A DNA stretch of 64,000 bases from Phoronis australis (Eukaryota; Animalia; Phoronida). The notes under the pieces are model-generated. The model was not told the DNA's origin. It saw only the letters and a program-made list of their open reading frames with translations, and searched no databases. Each line of letters begins with the position of its first letter. Position 1 is the stretch's first letter. The position numbers were made by a program, and so were the translations under genes. Shown here piece after piece: positions 1-14,240 of the stretch. Where the stretch lies: assembly GCA_002633005.1 (NCBI GenBank), contig NMRA01000001.1, positions 1,025,755 to 1,089,754 of the forward strand, in the 5' to 3' direction.

Positions 1-1998
1 GTGACAGATTGTTATTATTAATAATCTGCTTGCATTTAATTTATGCAGGCTCCGCCTCCAGCACGTGCGTCACCTTTGTGTGGCCTGTAACAGCCCGTGA
101 CTCAGCTGCCGGCGAATGGCTTTGTGTGACGTGACGTCACAATAAGGGCACACTCCTGCCATTGATTGATAGCTTGAATATGCCGTGGCGATCGCTGGAG
201 ATGTGCGCTAGAGAAATAACTTTAGACAAAGCCGTGTTAGATTTACTCACATGTTTAAGGTGTGTGCGGTTAATGATCGTGGTGTTTACCTTCAGAAAAA
301 CAAAACAAATACTTAAACAAAGACTAACATAGTCGGCTTAAATCAGAGCACACGCGTGCAACAAATGCGAATTAGTTCGAGTGTATATAGTCCACGTGTG
401 TCGATATTTTCATTACTAGAATAATACGATGACAAAAGAAATGGGGGTATTTCTATTAAGTAGCACATGCATCGTATCAGGAAAATACATTATTATTCAG
501 CCATTATTTATGTTAACTTTCAATAGAGCTCTATCGGACAAGTGTCGTCGTGTGTTTCAGTCTATAATAGAATTTCCGTAAATCGAAGCTTTTGAATCGT
601 TGCATTTCTATGGACTTAACGGCTGGCGACAAAATAAAGAAAACTGGTTTCACTTATTATCCCGCCTGACTAGTTTCTCGTGCCGTGCACTTTGGCAGGA
701 AATTCCACATTGATTTTTACGATGGAAGTCGTTTTTCATTAAGAGCAGTCACCATAATTTTATTATAAAGTTTACAAAATTCCACAGATAAGCTTTAATT
801 TTAAGAAAATTATGATAAAATATGTTTACTTAGGTGCTCACACGTGATTTTAAAATTTCCAATACATACATTTAGTTGTAATGGAACGCCAGTACGTAAA
901 TCAGTTCCGCTAGTATCGTAACAACAATGAGCTATAACGGTTACAGTTCATTGCTAAAATTAGCAACTCTAAAAAGTTTCAAAAACTTCCACCGAATTCA
1001 ATTTATTATAACGTTACATATCATAATTCCTTTCGTCCTTTCTGAATGAATTGATTGCCACTGGAATCGCGTGTTAATAGTGATTTATCAAAAACGGATG
1101 GAGGTTTGTAAATACTGCTTTTGAATTATTCCCGTATGGCGGCTGCTGCCAAAGTCCTCGACACCCTGTATGGTTTCACCTCCAGTTTATTACATCGGCC
1201 CTTTTCGCAGGGTCTGTAACACGCCCCCTTCAATTGTCCGTCCGTATGAACAGGACATTTTACCAGCCTTTATTAGCATACAGCTGGCAGCGCACCTTTC
1301 ATTGGCCTGTCTTAGTACTGAGAACGACAAACATTAAGTAACCCAGGGCACGGAATTAATATACACAGTGAATACACGATCGTCCATTAGCAGTTGAAAA
1401 TCTCATGCGAGGTGTTTCTACATAGATGATTACTAATGTTTTAATATTCGCACCGATGATCAGGTTACAGGCCTAATAGGCAACGTGTACCACTTGAGCA
1501 TTCTACTTTGTTTTACCACATTCATTATTAATCACTAGAACCACGCAATGAATGGCGATAATACTAGTAATGCATTGGATCATGCGTATTTTTGTTACTG
1601 ATGAATGACACGGATGTAAGCTACTATAGAGGTCACAAAATGCTGATTAGACTTGCCGTTTTGAAACAATGTGTGCTAGAATTTGTGTCTTGTCTCTATG
1701 AATATTTCAGTGTTTTCAGTAACAGAGTATATTAACTTTTTCAATTTAAATGTTTGTAGTGGCCCTGTTTTAAAGGTTTGTTATCATCAAATAAAACTAA
1801 ATGTGTATTCCTTTTGTCATTCTCAGGTCAAAGTTGAAATTGAAGACTTCCGAGCAATCAAGAGAAAGGGACCTAATCGGTTTTACGGCAGAAAAAACAT
1901 ATTTTGGAATCTTTGTTGGATGGGATCGTCTTGTACTTTGTAGCGTTGACTGGAAACCGCAACAAAATAACAAATTCCGTTTTGTTTTTGTGATTCTG

Positions 1999-2079
1999 CA
2001 TGGGCGGCGCACCATAGGGGGTGGGGGGGGGGCTATAGCCCCACNATCCCTCACTTTTTTCAGTGCTGCGCCGCCCATG
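1999..2079. mobile_element. MITE, TIR CATGGGCGGCGCA, 5-bp TSD TTCTG
   Basis: Perfect 13-bp TIR; direct repeat at 1994-1998 and 2080-2084. Confidence 0.8.
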
Positions 2080-3074
2080 TTCTGTTACAAATCGACAATT
2101 CTCGCCACTGCCTGCCAGACATTCGCTGAAACCGAGGCTTGTGACCAATTGAATACGCATAAAATACTCCTGCAACGGTGGTAAAGCTGCCACCGCGAGG
2201 ATACGAAACGGATCTCACGAGATCACTTTTCTCGACGATAAGGTCCCTTCAGCAAACGTTAATAAGACCAGAGTCGGCGCTTGACGTGTGTCAGATAACA
2301 CCACTTCCCGGATCTCTTCACAGCAAACATTCTACAATTAATAATGAATTCTACTTCTGACGTTTCTTAATTAATCAAAAATTTAAGCCTTAAATGCTCA
2401 CCTTATCTGTTGTCGTTCAATCTTATCGATTTTTGTATAAAACCTGATGTTATGTTCATTTTATGTTATCTTAAGTATATTTGATGGGTTGTCATGGCAA
2501 CAAGAGTCACTTCGCCGCAGTCCAACATGTTCCCAGGTAATGCACTTTGCATGGAAATTCACTGTTTAATGCTTGCATTAGGGATTCATTGCCTGCCTAT
2601 CAATCGATTAAAAATACACTTAAATTCTTTTATACTAAAATGAGAATTTCACTAATAGGAATAGTATTGAAAACGACCTTTATTTTGTTTGATCTTGCTC
2701 CAATAAAAACAAACGTTTTTGTGTTTGTGTTTTTTCTACAACATTCGATCTTTTGGTGACATTACATAAAGCCTATGGCGACTGTCCTCTGTGTGTTGTT
2801 GTTGCTTAGTAGAGACACTTCCAGGAGATGCAACAAAATTCTTGTGGCGCTTAAGCGGACAAATACATAAGTCGGGAGTTCCACGCCGCTCATTGTAAAA
2901 AGCAATTAAAAAGTCAAGTCAAGCTCTACGAGATATAACTCAAATTAAACCAACTCGATTCATTTACTGGTAAATTTCTGAATAATCAAAAGTTAGATTA
3001 ATTGTTGAATCCAATTTATTTTTGAATAGCTGGATATTCACCATTCAAGAATTAATATAAAGTCGTCCACATAC

Positions 3075-3223
3075 CAGGGGCGGATCCAGGATTTTGAGTT
3101 GGGGGAGGGGGCAGGGCAGAGTATTAGCCTGGATTTTGCCCGACATTCGCACTCCCGAACTGCCAAATGGAATCTGGGAGAATTTTAGGGGGGGGGCATG
3201 GCCCTTCCCCCCATCAGCCACTG
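3075..3223. mobile_element. GC-rich MITE (CAGGGGCGGATCC...GCCACTG), TSD CATAC
   Basis: 5-bp direct repeats; homologous to the copies at 18083, 46469 and 59078. Confidence 0.8.
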
Positions 3224-4779
3224 CATACAAATACTTTCATCTCTACTGTCTGAAACACTCCGCCACTCAAATGTTCACATCTGCCGACACGTGCTCGCGT
3301 ACCCACGTAAGTCTGTCACTCGACTATTATCAAGTGTATGACGGGAATTGCATGATTACACGTTCCTTCAAATGAAATTACACTACTTGAAGCACGTTGT
3401 TTTTCTTGCGTGTTCATAACTACTGTTTTACTTTGAAGCTGCCTTTCGTCCTGAATTAGACCTTTAACTCTTTAAATCAGTCACGTGTTAGTTCTTGCCG
3501 TGACATAGTTCTCTTTCCGTTATTGACAAGGACATCGAAACCTTCTGCGACTCAAAGCTTCAAGGTTTTTTGGAGTTGGCCACCCATGCCAAATGACGTC
3601 GAATGGAGATAATAAGAAAAACGAAAGTGAACAATGGATACGCCTGTCTATCGATATCCAGTATGCGAAGAGCGGCTTGCGACCTAGTTTTCCGTGGACA
3701 ACCCTGAAACTGTGAATTCGGAAATGAAACATGCACGCGTTGCTTAATTGTTACTCGAGTTGCCAACAGTGCGGGATCTGGTGAACGTGATTTAATGTTT
3801 GAACCACAAAGTGTCCAGGTTAAGAAATCATAAAATATCACACACTTTTGAATAAGTTTACGAACCAAAACACTGCGTTTGCACGTGCGTTACTCTACCG
3901 CTTGGAATTTTTAAGGCACACTATGTGGCAACGCTATCAACAACAATAACCACATCGACTGGACGTGGATCCAAAGAAGGTCCAGAGGGGATCACCCCCT
4001 TGATCGGTCAAGTTTACATTGTCGAAATGTGGGAATCATCAAGCACCCGCTATGTTTGCCCTCCTTCGAAACAGTTCCTGGATCCGCGGCTGATGATGAT
4101 ATCAATAATGACACCACTATAATCGTACGCAAACTAATGACAGCAATTACACTGACAGTAGTGATATTAAAAATTTACAAACCGCTGACTGCAAACTGTG
4201 CGAAGGAATCCAGGATCGGTCGTCACGTGACAGTTCGCATAGGAAAACGGAAGCGTTTATGTGCGAATTCTCAAAGGTTGCGCAACTGTTATATACAGTT
4301 TGTGGGATGAAAACCGCTAATTATAGATGACCGAGCAATTATAACCATCGTGAAAGAATTTGATCGAGCTGCAAATGTCGGTGACATTTTCGTAAAAACA
4401 GATAATTGGGTTGATATTCACCTGTCCGTAAAACCTATAAATAAATAAAACGGTGTTTTCAGAGAGCATAATTAATGCATCAGCTACTTGCCGATTCTAA
4501 CGATTCTGTTTTTCTAAGGTGTCAGACAGAAAAAAACTAACTCTCTTAGTTTGTCTCACAAAGTGTATTGTAATTATACAAAAACAAACATTTGATAAGT
4601 CAATGTAATCCATCTTGATTCTTGTGCGCTTTCAGCGGAAGAAACAAGGAAGAAGATTTAGTGAACATGACGTCCTCAGACGACTATTCAATTGCTGCAC
4701 TGGATTGACTTCGCCTGTTCCGCCTGGTCAACTGGCTAGAATATCTGATTGGTTCTTGATGACGACTTCCGGCTCTTGT

Positions 4780-4915
4780 ACCAATCAGGCGTGCGTTCAG
4801 TAGACGCTAGGACCTAGCTAAAACCTAGCCAAAGTCACGTGTTCTCATTTGAAATGCACGGCAATATCTCACGTAATCTCGCGAAGTCTTGCCTTTTAGC
4901 GAGGTCTTATGAAAC
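4780..4915. repeat. Dispersed repeat with CAGGCGTGCGTTC end; relatives near 10975-11110, 12335-12500, 21270-21355, 37555-37695 and 44180-44255
   Basis: 37555-37695 is a close reverse complement; the others share the (CT)ACGGAACGCA..CCTGG end or TCTCGCGA-rich body. Confidence 0.65.
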
Positions 4916-5227
4916 GGCGGAACCAGCGAAGAAGCCAATCAAGTGGAGCCAATATAAAGACGGACTTTGGTACGGCAGAAAAGCAAACTTGTTGTCGATG
5001 TAGGTATAAAGTGATTCATCCGTATCACATCATTTCAGGTAGGCTTTACTAGTGCTCCGAAAGGGAATCGTGAGTAATCACTTCTCTCACAAAGGCGGAA
5101 CACAAATAAACAATGGGTAGGCCTACTGAGTCCTGTTTGATGCCATTTACTTAATGGAGGACACTAGTTCTCAAATCGTGGGACCCTCTATTGCAGATTA
5201 AGATAAACATTGCCGGCATCTTCATAC

Positions 5228-5401
5228 ATTGACCTATCGCAAGCTCCGCCCCCTTGCGAATTGTCGACAAACAAACAAGTTTTACCCGGCAACATGTTGT
5301 TTGTCGGGCAAAATGGCGGCTTGGAAACGGATGTGTGTCAAGAATGCTATCTTCTGATAGGTCAGTTCAGCCGTCACTCAAAATCCTGGCGATAGGTCAA
5401 T
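5228..5401. mobile_element. MITE with 13-bp perfect TIR ATTGACCTATCGC
   Basis: Inverted ends at 5228-5240 and 5389-5401. Confidence 0.6.
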
Positions 5402-8400
5402 TACATATCTTACCTCGCATTTTCAAACCGATTTCAATTCTAAAATTCTCCTTCAAATGTGACATACTTAAGATCGAGAGAGTAACATTTATGCAACTGC
5501 ACCAATTTTGGCTGACATTTTGGCGCCCAAGCGTCTCGGTGTCTAATACTTGCGTATTTTTCTTAAGTTTCTGATCTCAGCCAGTATTTGGTCCTGATGT
5601 GAAATCTAGGTGTATCGTTGTTTCACCCCGAGTTACAGCCAGTGTATGGCCAGACGGGCCAATAAACGAAAGTTCTCGTGATGAAAAGGTACATGTAGTC
5701 AGATGCACCACACGTCTCCTGTGCCCTGTCAAGAGGTCGGTGCAGATCGGTCAGAAGATGTCTGACAACGCCAATGAGCATTAACAATTTATTAAAATTT
5801 TCAGACAGAAAACCATCGGATCATCTATTTATCGATCGTTGATGTATTTTTTGAATCAGGTTAATAGGTTTTAAATGTTCCATCGTTTGCAGAAATTTGA
5901 ATCAATCACGATTAAATGTGATCAAATTAAGTGTATAAGAATTCTTTTCTCATGATTACCAACGTTTTAACTAATTAAGGTAAAGATCAAACGATAAACA
6001 GGTGCAATTGTTGTAACAAGAACTTAATTTGCATAAAGGGAAACATACCGAGCTAGTTAGAGCGTCTTCCCCCTAAATATTGCCGAAAACGGAACTCTCA
6101 GTACACTTGAACTTCATTGATGCCACCCTTCTTCTGCAAATATCTTTTGAGAAAGGTGTTTTGAAAGCAATTTGACAAATGATACTATAGATATTTCGGT
6201 GCTCCGTTGAAAATAAAAGTAATTTGGAACAGATAATCATATGACGAAGGAGATCACGGTTTCGTTCCTTTTACCAAATAATCCGATGGCGAAAACAAGC
6301 ATATGTGATATATTCATAAACGTGTTTTTGTGCTCCAGAAATTTAGTTTCGTTGATCAGGCAGAGAGCCTTGGCTGCACCGTTAAAAGTGCAACCGCGAA
6401 CTTGTAAGGTTGGCATTCTTTGCCTACTACGTCACAGTGTTGACCTACATTTTTGCATTCACTCTTAGTGGTAACAACGTGGAGATAGCTGACCTCGCGT
6501 TAGTGCACAACCTAAGTTTTATCGCCGATTTATCGAAAAAAGGTTGTTAAATTTAGGCAATTTTCGACGTTTTTAGAAGGTTTAGTCACCCAGTAGACGC
6601 GGTGTAGATTAATGTCGGTTAGTGCATGCATGTGTCTTACACGGTTGAATGTCTGAGCGACTGAATTTCGTTCATTCTGAAGCCCTCGTCGCGTTGCAGA
6701 TTTTAAGTCACAGTAATTGGATGGTAATGGGTGACTCATGTGCCAAAACATTTCAATTTCGGTTGTATTTCAGGAATCTGAAAGCAACTGGGAAGAATGC
6801 TTTGATTAAAGATATGCAAAGCTGCAGGAATAACTGTGAGTTTGTGAATTGTACGCTGGACTTTTACTGCATTTTTGCTCAAATTCACTTTTGGTGCCAG
6901 AAAGCTAATGTACATGATGTCCACCCGGTCGCCCCGGCTTTGATACTCGGCCCTCGCCGGTAGTCACCGATTTCCTGTACCTGCACCCCTCGTTCGCTGC
7001 ACGGGGGTACCTAATCCTACGCACGGGCATCGCATATTAAGAACTACCTACCGGAACCTATAAAATCACGCATACGAACCCAAAGACCACGCAAACGAAC
7101 AAGGTCATGGGCACGAACCACAAAAATCATACATGTGAGCAAAAAAATACGCACGAGCATCCGAATCATACGCACGAACGATTCTGTGGTTCCCCTGTCC
7201 AGGACCTGCGACCTCTGATGACTCAAACGTTCACGCTCGCGTTGAAGTGCAGCCGAAACTTTTTAATGGCTAGACAACGGATACGCGAATTACGTGAACC
7301 TATGACCTCTGATTAAGCTCACACGTTAGCCGCGGCTTGCGTTTAGCACGTGTGAGCTTATATATTAACACATATATTAGATAACAATGCATATAAAATC
7401 TTCCGTTACGGTCAAAAGGTATGAACTGACACCAGCTGAGTTGACTTTATACATTTCCATTAGAGTTGCTCAAAAATTTTAGATCCACTGGCCGATAACA
7501 ACTCAATAACGAGAGTACATTTTTCGGTATTTAATGCGGAACTTTTGGGAACCAAAATCTGCAACAAAACTTACATGAATCAAATTTGCGAGTGTTTAAT
7601 ACGTCATAAATACCACTGGTGAGCTTCAACTCGCACATTGTCGGAAAAAGTCTTATTTTAGAACTAAAACAGACTAAGGTTACCCGGCTTGAAATGGACG
7701 CTCCTATGTTCACAGTAGCCAAACAAGATGCAAGTCAGAGGTCGATGAGTACGCATGCTTGCACACGCTCCCTTAAAGCCGCGTGCCACGCCATCTTTGA
7801 AAATCATTGTTTCAAGGTGTAGCCCTTTCTGCCCTTTAATACAAGTTAACGTTCCTAATAACACAATGGATCGAGGGGAGTTCATTGGTTCTTTCGACGC
7901 ACGGGGAAGAGTCACCACTGGTAGCATGATTTGTTGGCGAGTTCGGTGTTTGTGAGCTCGGCTTGACCTAATTAGATCTGCGCGGGCTTTAAATCTGTGG
8001 TTTAAACATTTTTTTTTGAAATTAATTTACACACCCAGGCAACGAATTACACGCTGACACAGTTATCAAATCATTACCGTGGGCTGCTCTATGAAACAAC
8101 TGTGTTCACGGAACAAAATTCAAAATACCAGCATACATGTAGATGAAATGTATAAGTGTTCGCTACTAAACTACTCAGCAATTCAGAATGACGGATGTTA
8201 CTTTGGACATTTCAGGGATCCAGAAATTAACAGCTCACAATATATATGTACTTTTGTTATATGATAAACGTCAGTCGGTGGATTGTACATGGAACAAAAA
8301 GATTTAGCTTTCCGAAGTAAAACCATGACTTGCTTTGTCTGTCATAGACGTCAACCTTCGAATGTTTTGTTGAATGTTTTCTTGGTTTGTCATTCCGGCA

Positions 8401-8485
8401 CATCCAACGTGAGCGAGTTCAGTAAGTCGAAGTCATCATCTTCCAAGAGCGACAAATACAGCATAATATTTTATGTCATTTTCTT

Positions 8486-8643
8486 CACTGGCGGATCCAG
8501 GGGTGGTCAAGGTGTCTGGATGCCCTTTTCCCTTGATTTTAGTGATATCAATGCTAGAATTTTCAAATTGTTGAATTGGACCCCCTTCTTAAACATCCTT
8601 GATCCGACCCCCTTCCCTTTTAAAAATCCCAGTACCGACCCTG
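8486..8643. mobile_element. GC-rich MITE, TSD TTCTT
   Basis: CACTGGCGGATCC start; body homologous to 37001-37160. Confidence 0.75.
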
Positions 8644-10339
8644 TTCTTGTTAACTACAGCGCGTGACCCTAATTTAGCGTACCTGTAGCCGAATCTAACG
8701 TGAACCGAAGCTCATTAATGTGTGAGTCACGGCATGGTAGGTTCAAAACGAGATTGCACGTGATCAGCCCGTGCTCGATACGGACATACATTTTGCGTTA
8801 GCCAAGATAAGTAATTCAAGTCAGTTTGAAATAAGGCGAAAGATCACTTAAAGTTTTCTTCGACTGTTTTGAAGTCCAGGCTGCCGGAACTCACGGGCGT
8901 CTCAATTTTGTTTTACCTCTATTTAAAATTGATTTCGGAAGTCCAAAAGTGCACGTAAAGTTCGTTTTGAATGTATTTTAACCTTGGCTTTCGTGTACGG
9001 CGTAAATATGAAACATTGACTGTAAACTTAATTTTGGTTTCAAGACAGGTCCACAAAGGTCTGTGGATGAAATTCAAAGGGTTGAGAAACGCCTTGCCGT
9101 CTAAATCATAGTTACGACACTGACTCTTATCGGTGACAAAAACTGACAACGGCGTGGGAACCTTTGAGCTGTGGTCAACGGCAATTAGTAAATTATTAAC
9201 TACAGAACAGTTTGGGAAATGCACGTATGCGGTCAGTCACATTTAATCGACAAATGTATTTTCTGTCTGCTTTTATTATTTTATTTCATTCAAACAGACG
9301 ACGATGTTATTACGGTTTCAGTTGTAGTGCCCGCAAAAACAATCAATAATTAATTGAAAATCTCTGTATTAACTTAATGATCTAATTTAGTCAATCAAAA
9401 TCACATTATAAGTGGCGTCCGCTGGCAGGGTTTTAATTCGCAGAAAAAACCACCAGATGCCTCAATCACATATATTATACCGTTCATTAGGGTTCGAGTG
9501 TAGGCCGAGTATGAATCTCGAATGAAGTGTCTACTGTAATGGTATTCTTGCTAAAGTGGCGATATTTGTTCAAACAGCGCCATATGCGTGTAAATAACTG
9601 TCAACTGCATTGTTATCCACAGGGTCGCCTGAAAGCGTGGTCTAGTGGAAATTTGCAAGCGTGGTCGCCGTCAGTCATGTCATTTTAAGTTATATTGAGC
9701 GATGTTTGGGTAATATGACAGAGGACATTTCGTTTCGCATGCAGTGACCAGTGTTTTGAATTAATTTTACGTTGCTCATAAAAATCGAGTTTTGAAATAA
9801 GGTACGCAACACTTTGTTTCCAGTGGTTGTACTGTGGTCGGAATAGAGTTCACGGGCATTATTTTTGGCTTAGTGAACTGGGCTTTCTTTATTTCAACAT
9901 TTTACTCTGAGCTTTGCAATATTTTATCCTCTTCTGGAGCGCTCAGTATTCCAAAATAGCAGGGTTCTGGTTCATGAAAACTTACTTAAGACTTCTTAAG
10001 TCATAAAATTTGACATGCGCTTCCTCTTCACACTACTGAATACAGTTTGTGTCATTTAATTATGAGAACATCACAGTTTTGTAACAATTCGTACAAAATT
10101 ATCTGAACAAATCGGTATATTTTCAGGGGCCTTGTACTTTTGCCGAGGAGAAATAAAATTAATTTTCCGATGCAGTTTTGTGGAGCGTAATACGGAATTT
10201 CTAACTTTTAAACACAAGTCTGGGATCCGATGATAATAACAATACTACTTCAGGGGTCCAGACCTAGTAGGCCTATTTGTGTACCCAGTCCACTTTTCCT
10301 GAATATATGTTTTCATGAGTACTTTTGTTTTACCTAGAG

Positions 10340-10493
10340 CATGGGCGGCGCAGCACTGAAAAAAGTGGGGAGGCCAAAGCCCCCCTCAGCCCCCCTGTGG
10401 TGCACCGCCTATAGACCATGTGCGGTGTAGCACTGAAAAAAGTGTGAGGGGGGCTATAGCCCCCCCCCAACCCTCTATAGTGCGCCACCCATG
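10340..10493. mobile_element. Tandem dimer of the CATGGGCGGCGCA MITE
   Basis: Two ~75-bp units homologous to 1999-2079 (inverted); flanks TAGAG and CAGAG. Confidence 0.7.
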
Positions 10494-13400
10494 CAGAGTG
10501 GACAAAGTAAACGTCTTAAATTTTTCTTACTCAAAGGTCACAATGTTATCATGTGGCCTAAATGACTAGCAAGACAATTTCAACTCAAAAGTCGTGCCCG
10601 CTTTTTATGATGTTCACGACTGGTGATCCTAAAAAGCTGGAGTGATGCGAATGCCTTCTGTTATACTGTATAGTGTTGGTGGCGACATTGAAGGTTGTGT
10701 GATTTTGAATCACCTTGTAATTTTTGCTGTTAATTTAAAGAAATTTCATTATAGGAAATTGAGCAGAGTGATTGGCTGACAGTCTATCAGTGATTAATGC
10801 CTCCTTAAAAGTGGATTAAGTTGTAAGCGGAAACATTACTCTACATTTGCGAAATGTTGGCGACTCTTCTGAATTGGGGCTCTCACTGATGTCGTCTGCT
10901 ACGCAGAATTTTTGAGAGGAATTAGCTTTGCGAGTCACTGGGATATGTTGCAACCACCATGATTCTTACTCGTTCCTGGATTAAGTTCCGTAGAGGCAAG
11001 GATCTCGCAAAAAGGCTAAGATCATGTGCTTCGCTTGTAATGCAGTCAAAATCTCGCGATTTTCTGCATTTTCGCGAGCTTCTCGAGTCACGGAACGCAC
11101 GCCTGGAATATGTTATTAAGTTATTTTTATCTTCGGAAACGAAGCTATGGTTTGAAACATTAATGACTGGAAGGTTTTGAAGCGTCTGACGGAATGCGCA
11201 TTGCCTACTAAATGCACAATCAGTTAGTCGATGGGAAGATCATATTTGAATATTTACAGACGATTATTTCGCTTATATTCAATGTTTTATCGACTTCATG
11301 TAATAAATGGTGTGTGACGTGTTTAATGTCTTGTAATGATTATCAAATTACAAACGAACAACTTCGAAAATGACCTGTGGCGATTTATTCAAGTGTACGT
11401 ACTGGGTACTGAAAAGCTGTCGTGAATTAGGAGTAGATAGGCAGGCAAGCTTTATTTTTCATCGGTAACCATGAAGAACGAGGAAGAAATAAACGGCCAT
11501 GTATTAGACAGCACATTGTTTACAAATTCAACAAACTCAGTTGTAAAGCAAAAAACGTTGCTGCCTCTTTGCTGAGTTTAAGTTGAAATTTCAAATACTC
11601 GTTATTTGATTTGCCTAAACATTTTACGTTCTGTTCTGGCAAAGGGTGGGTAGAAAAGTTTCTCTTTAAATTCTGTAAGGTATCATTATACAGCGTGTTA
11701 GACATGACAGCATGAGATTGCTTTTGAGTTATTAATATTCATAAAGCATGTTTTTCCAAACATAAGCCCATTTTTCTTGATGCTTTTCCAAAAAACGGTG
11801 GTGCCATTGTTCTCAAAACTTCCCTGTGCTTATTAAGACCTCATGGCTTGCTGTTTTTGTATTTCGCTTCTGATATTTGGAAAATGCACAATATCCATTC
11901 CTAATTTCAAATTCACGTAAAAAATAAATACATGATAAACTTTGATAAAAATACTGGCACGGGTTTGAAATTCATAGGTTTCAATATGTGTAGTTTTAGC
12001 ACAAGTAATTTATACGTGGCTAGGAAAGGATCGGGCGTTTAAGCACTACAGCGAAGTTATGAAAATTATGAAATTCAGTCGTTTGAAATTTTGCAGCCAT
12101 CACATGTTTATTTAGCTCATTCGCCACCGAAAGTCTGTCCCAATTTTACTGAACATAATAAAAAGATACTAGAGGGTAAAAACAATATCTCATCTGGCTC
12201 AGTAACTCTATGAGCTTTTTATTAAATTTTGCGGTGTCCCTGAGACAAAACCAATGTGGCTACCCGGGGCGCATTCCATAAATGCAAGATACTTGTTGGT
12301 AACGTTAGTGTGTTCACATGCTTTGTACATAGGGACAGCTCGCGAAGACTGGCGTGATCTCGCAAACTTGCTCTACGGAACGCAGACCTGGATAGTGTTC
12401 AATAATGTTTTAAGACCTCGCTAAAAAAACAAGCCTTCGTGAGATTTCGCGAGACATTGCCGTGTATTTTCAACGAAAGCAGGTGGCTTTGGCGAGACAG
12501 CTATTGAACTCTAGACCGGTATTGTTTGCCCCGACAAAGGTGCTTTGTGCAGTGAGGCCTACGTCTACTACCAGAACACGCCGGAATCGCAAAACTCAAA
12601 CTGGATTAAACCAACTTATCGGCTTCAATTCTTTCCATTGAAACAGGAACGCTAACTCATTGTAACAAAAAACTGAAACGGGATTCCAACCCCAAAACAA
12701 CAACCAAGACAATGGTTTTCAAAGATGGCGCTGTGAATTCTTTAGGGTCAACTGCATCTGCCGTGCAAGCATACTAAACCAGCGATACAGGGAGAGATCA
12801 ACTTTTGCAAGTTTCGAATCGATTTCATTTCTTCACAACATTGTAAAGTAAATACAACATTACCCGTAACATAAGGCTGTGGCGTTAAAGGCCAAATAAC
12901 GCGTTTTTGAAACCGCTTAAAATGCTAATGACCAAGAATAATGAGCCTTATACAAGGCTATAACATAATGTCGGATGGAAGTCCAGCTATAATGTTTTTG
13001 CCTATCAGTCATGACCGAAATGTTGAGTTATATTTATAATTATTATAGAATATTAATTGATTAAACCGAGAATTCCATGAACCTGTTGAATACATAATAT
13101 AACTAAAAACAAACACGTTTTCTCACGCCAGACTGTAAGGCCATGACCTTATGTTTCGGGACGGAATCACGATTTAAACACTCAAACGCAGGCACGTCAA
13201 ATAATGTGTTAGGTTGCTTATTCGCATCAGATTGCTGCACTGAGAGACAATAGAAACAATTCAAGCCAGTAGCAATGGTTTTTAACATTTACCGATATCT
13301 AGGCTAGAAGTATGTGTCTGTCGCGGGTAACGAAAGTATATTAAAAAAGAACACCAACGTGTGAGAACGTTGTTCGTAGCTGTTTGAATTGACGGAGGAT

Positions 13401-13881
13401 TCTCGTGGTGACGTAAACGGAAGTCAGGCAATAGGTCTTGCTGTTCACTACATTTGGCAATTAATGAATTCTAAGTGGCCGGTTCTTACATATTAGAGTA
13501 ATTAAGTTTGCTTTTATCGTTCAAGGTAGGCTTTAATGCTCTTTGAGGAAAGACTTAAGCAACCTAACGCTCAATCTTCTGATTTCATTTTACTGGTTGT
13601 TGGCTCTTGTTTTCGACAGTCTGATTGAGTGAATTAATAACTCCAGCGGAGCAATTTCCGCGAAAGATTTAAAGTATCTATCCGTAACAACCTGCGCTTT
13701 CTGGGCGTCCATGAAGCAGTTAATATGCAGAGTTTTAGAAATGTACACTGTTATTTGAAAAGTTCTGGCATGCGGCGCAAAAGTTTAATGACGGTAGCTA
13801 CACAACGGCAAAGACTACGATAATAAAATAAATAAAGACAAATTAAAGTAATTAAAGTAATTAAAGTAAGTATTATTACTA

Positions 13882-14240
13882 CAGGAATTTTCCGTAGATA
13901 AGCCCACCCGATGAAACACCCATGGGCGTTCAATCGTAAAATTATGCCGCGTTATGGGCGTTTATTTGGTGTTACAACTTCTGGTGTCAAGTGTCCATAT
14001 AGTAGGGGTTTATTCGGAAAATTTCCTCTTAAAAGCCCGCTCAGCGTCAACTTTTTGTCACAAATTCATTTACCATTTACAAAACCAAACAAGGTGTTGG
14101 AGAATTATGCATTTATTAACATAAAATTTAAGAACATAATTTTAAGTGAAAAATGTCAAAGTCAGCAAAACTATGACTCTCCATTTACACGACCCTGTTT
14201 CCGAATAAACGCCCATGGGCTCATCTACGGAAAATTCCGG
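13882..14240. mobile_element. Tc1/mariner-pogo-type MITE with TA TSD
   Basis: TA-CAGGAATTTTCCGTAGATAAGCCCA ... TGGGCTCATCTACGGAAAATTCCGG-TA; ~25-bp imperfect TIR. Confidence 0.75.
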
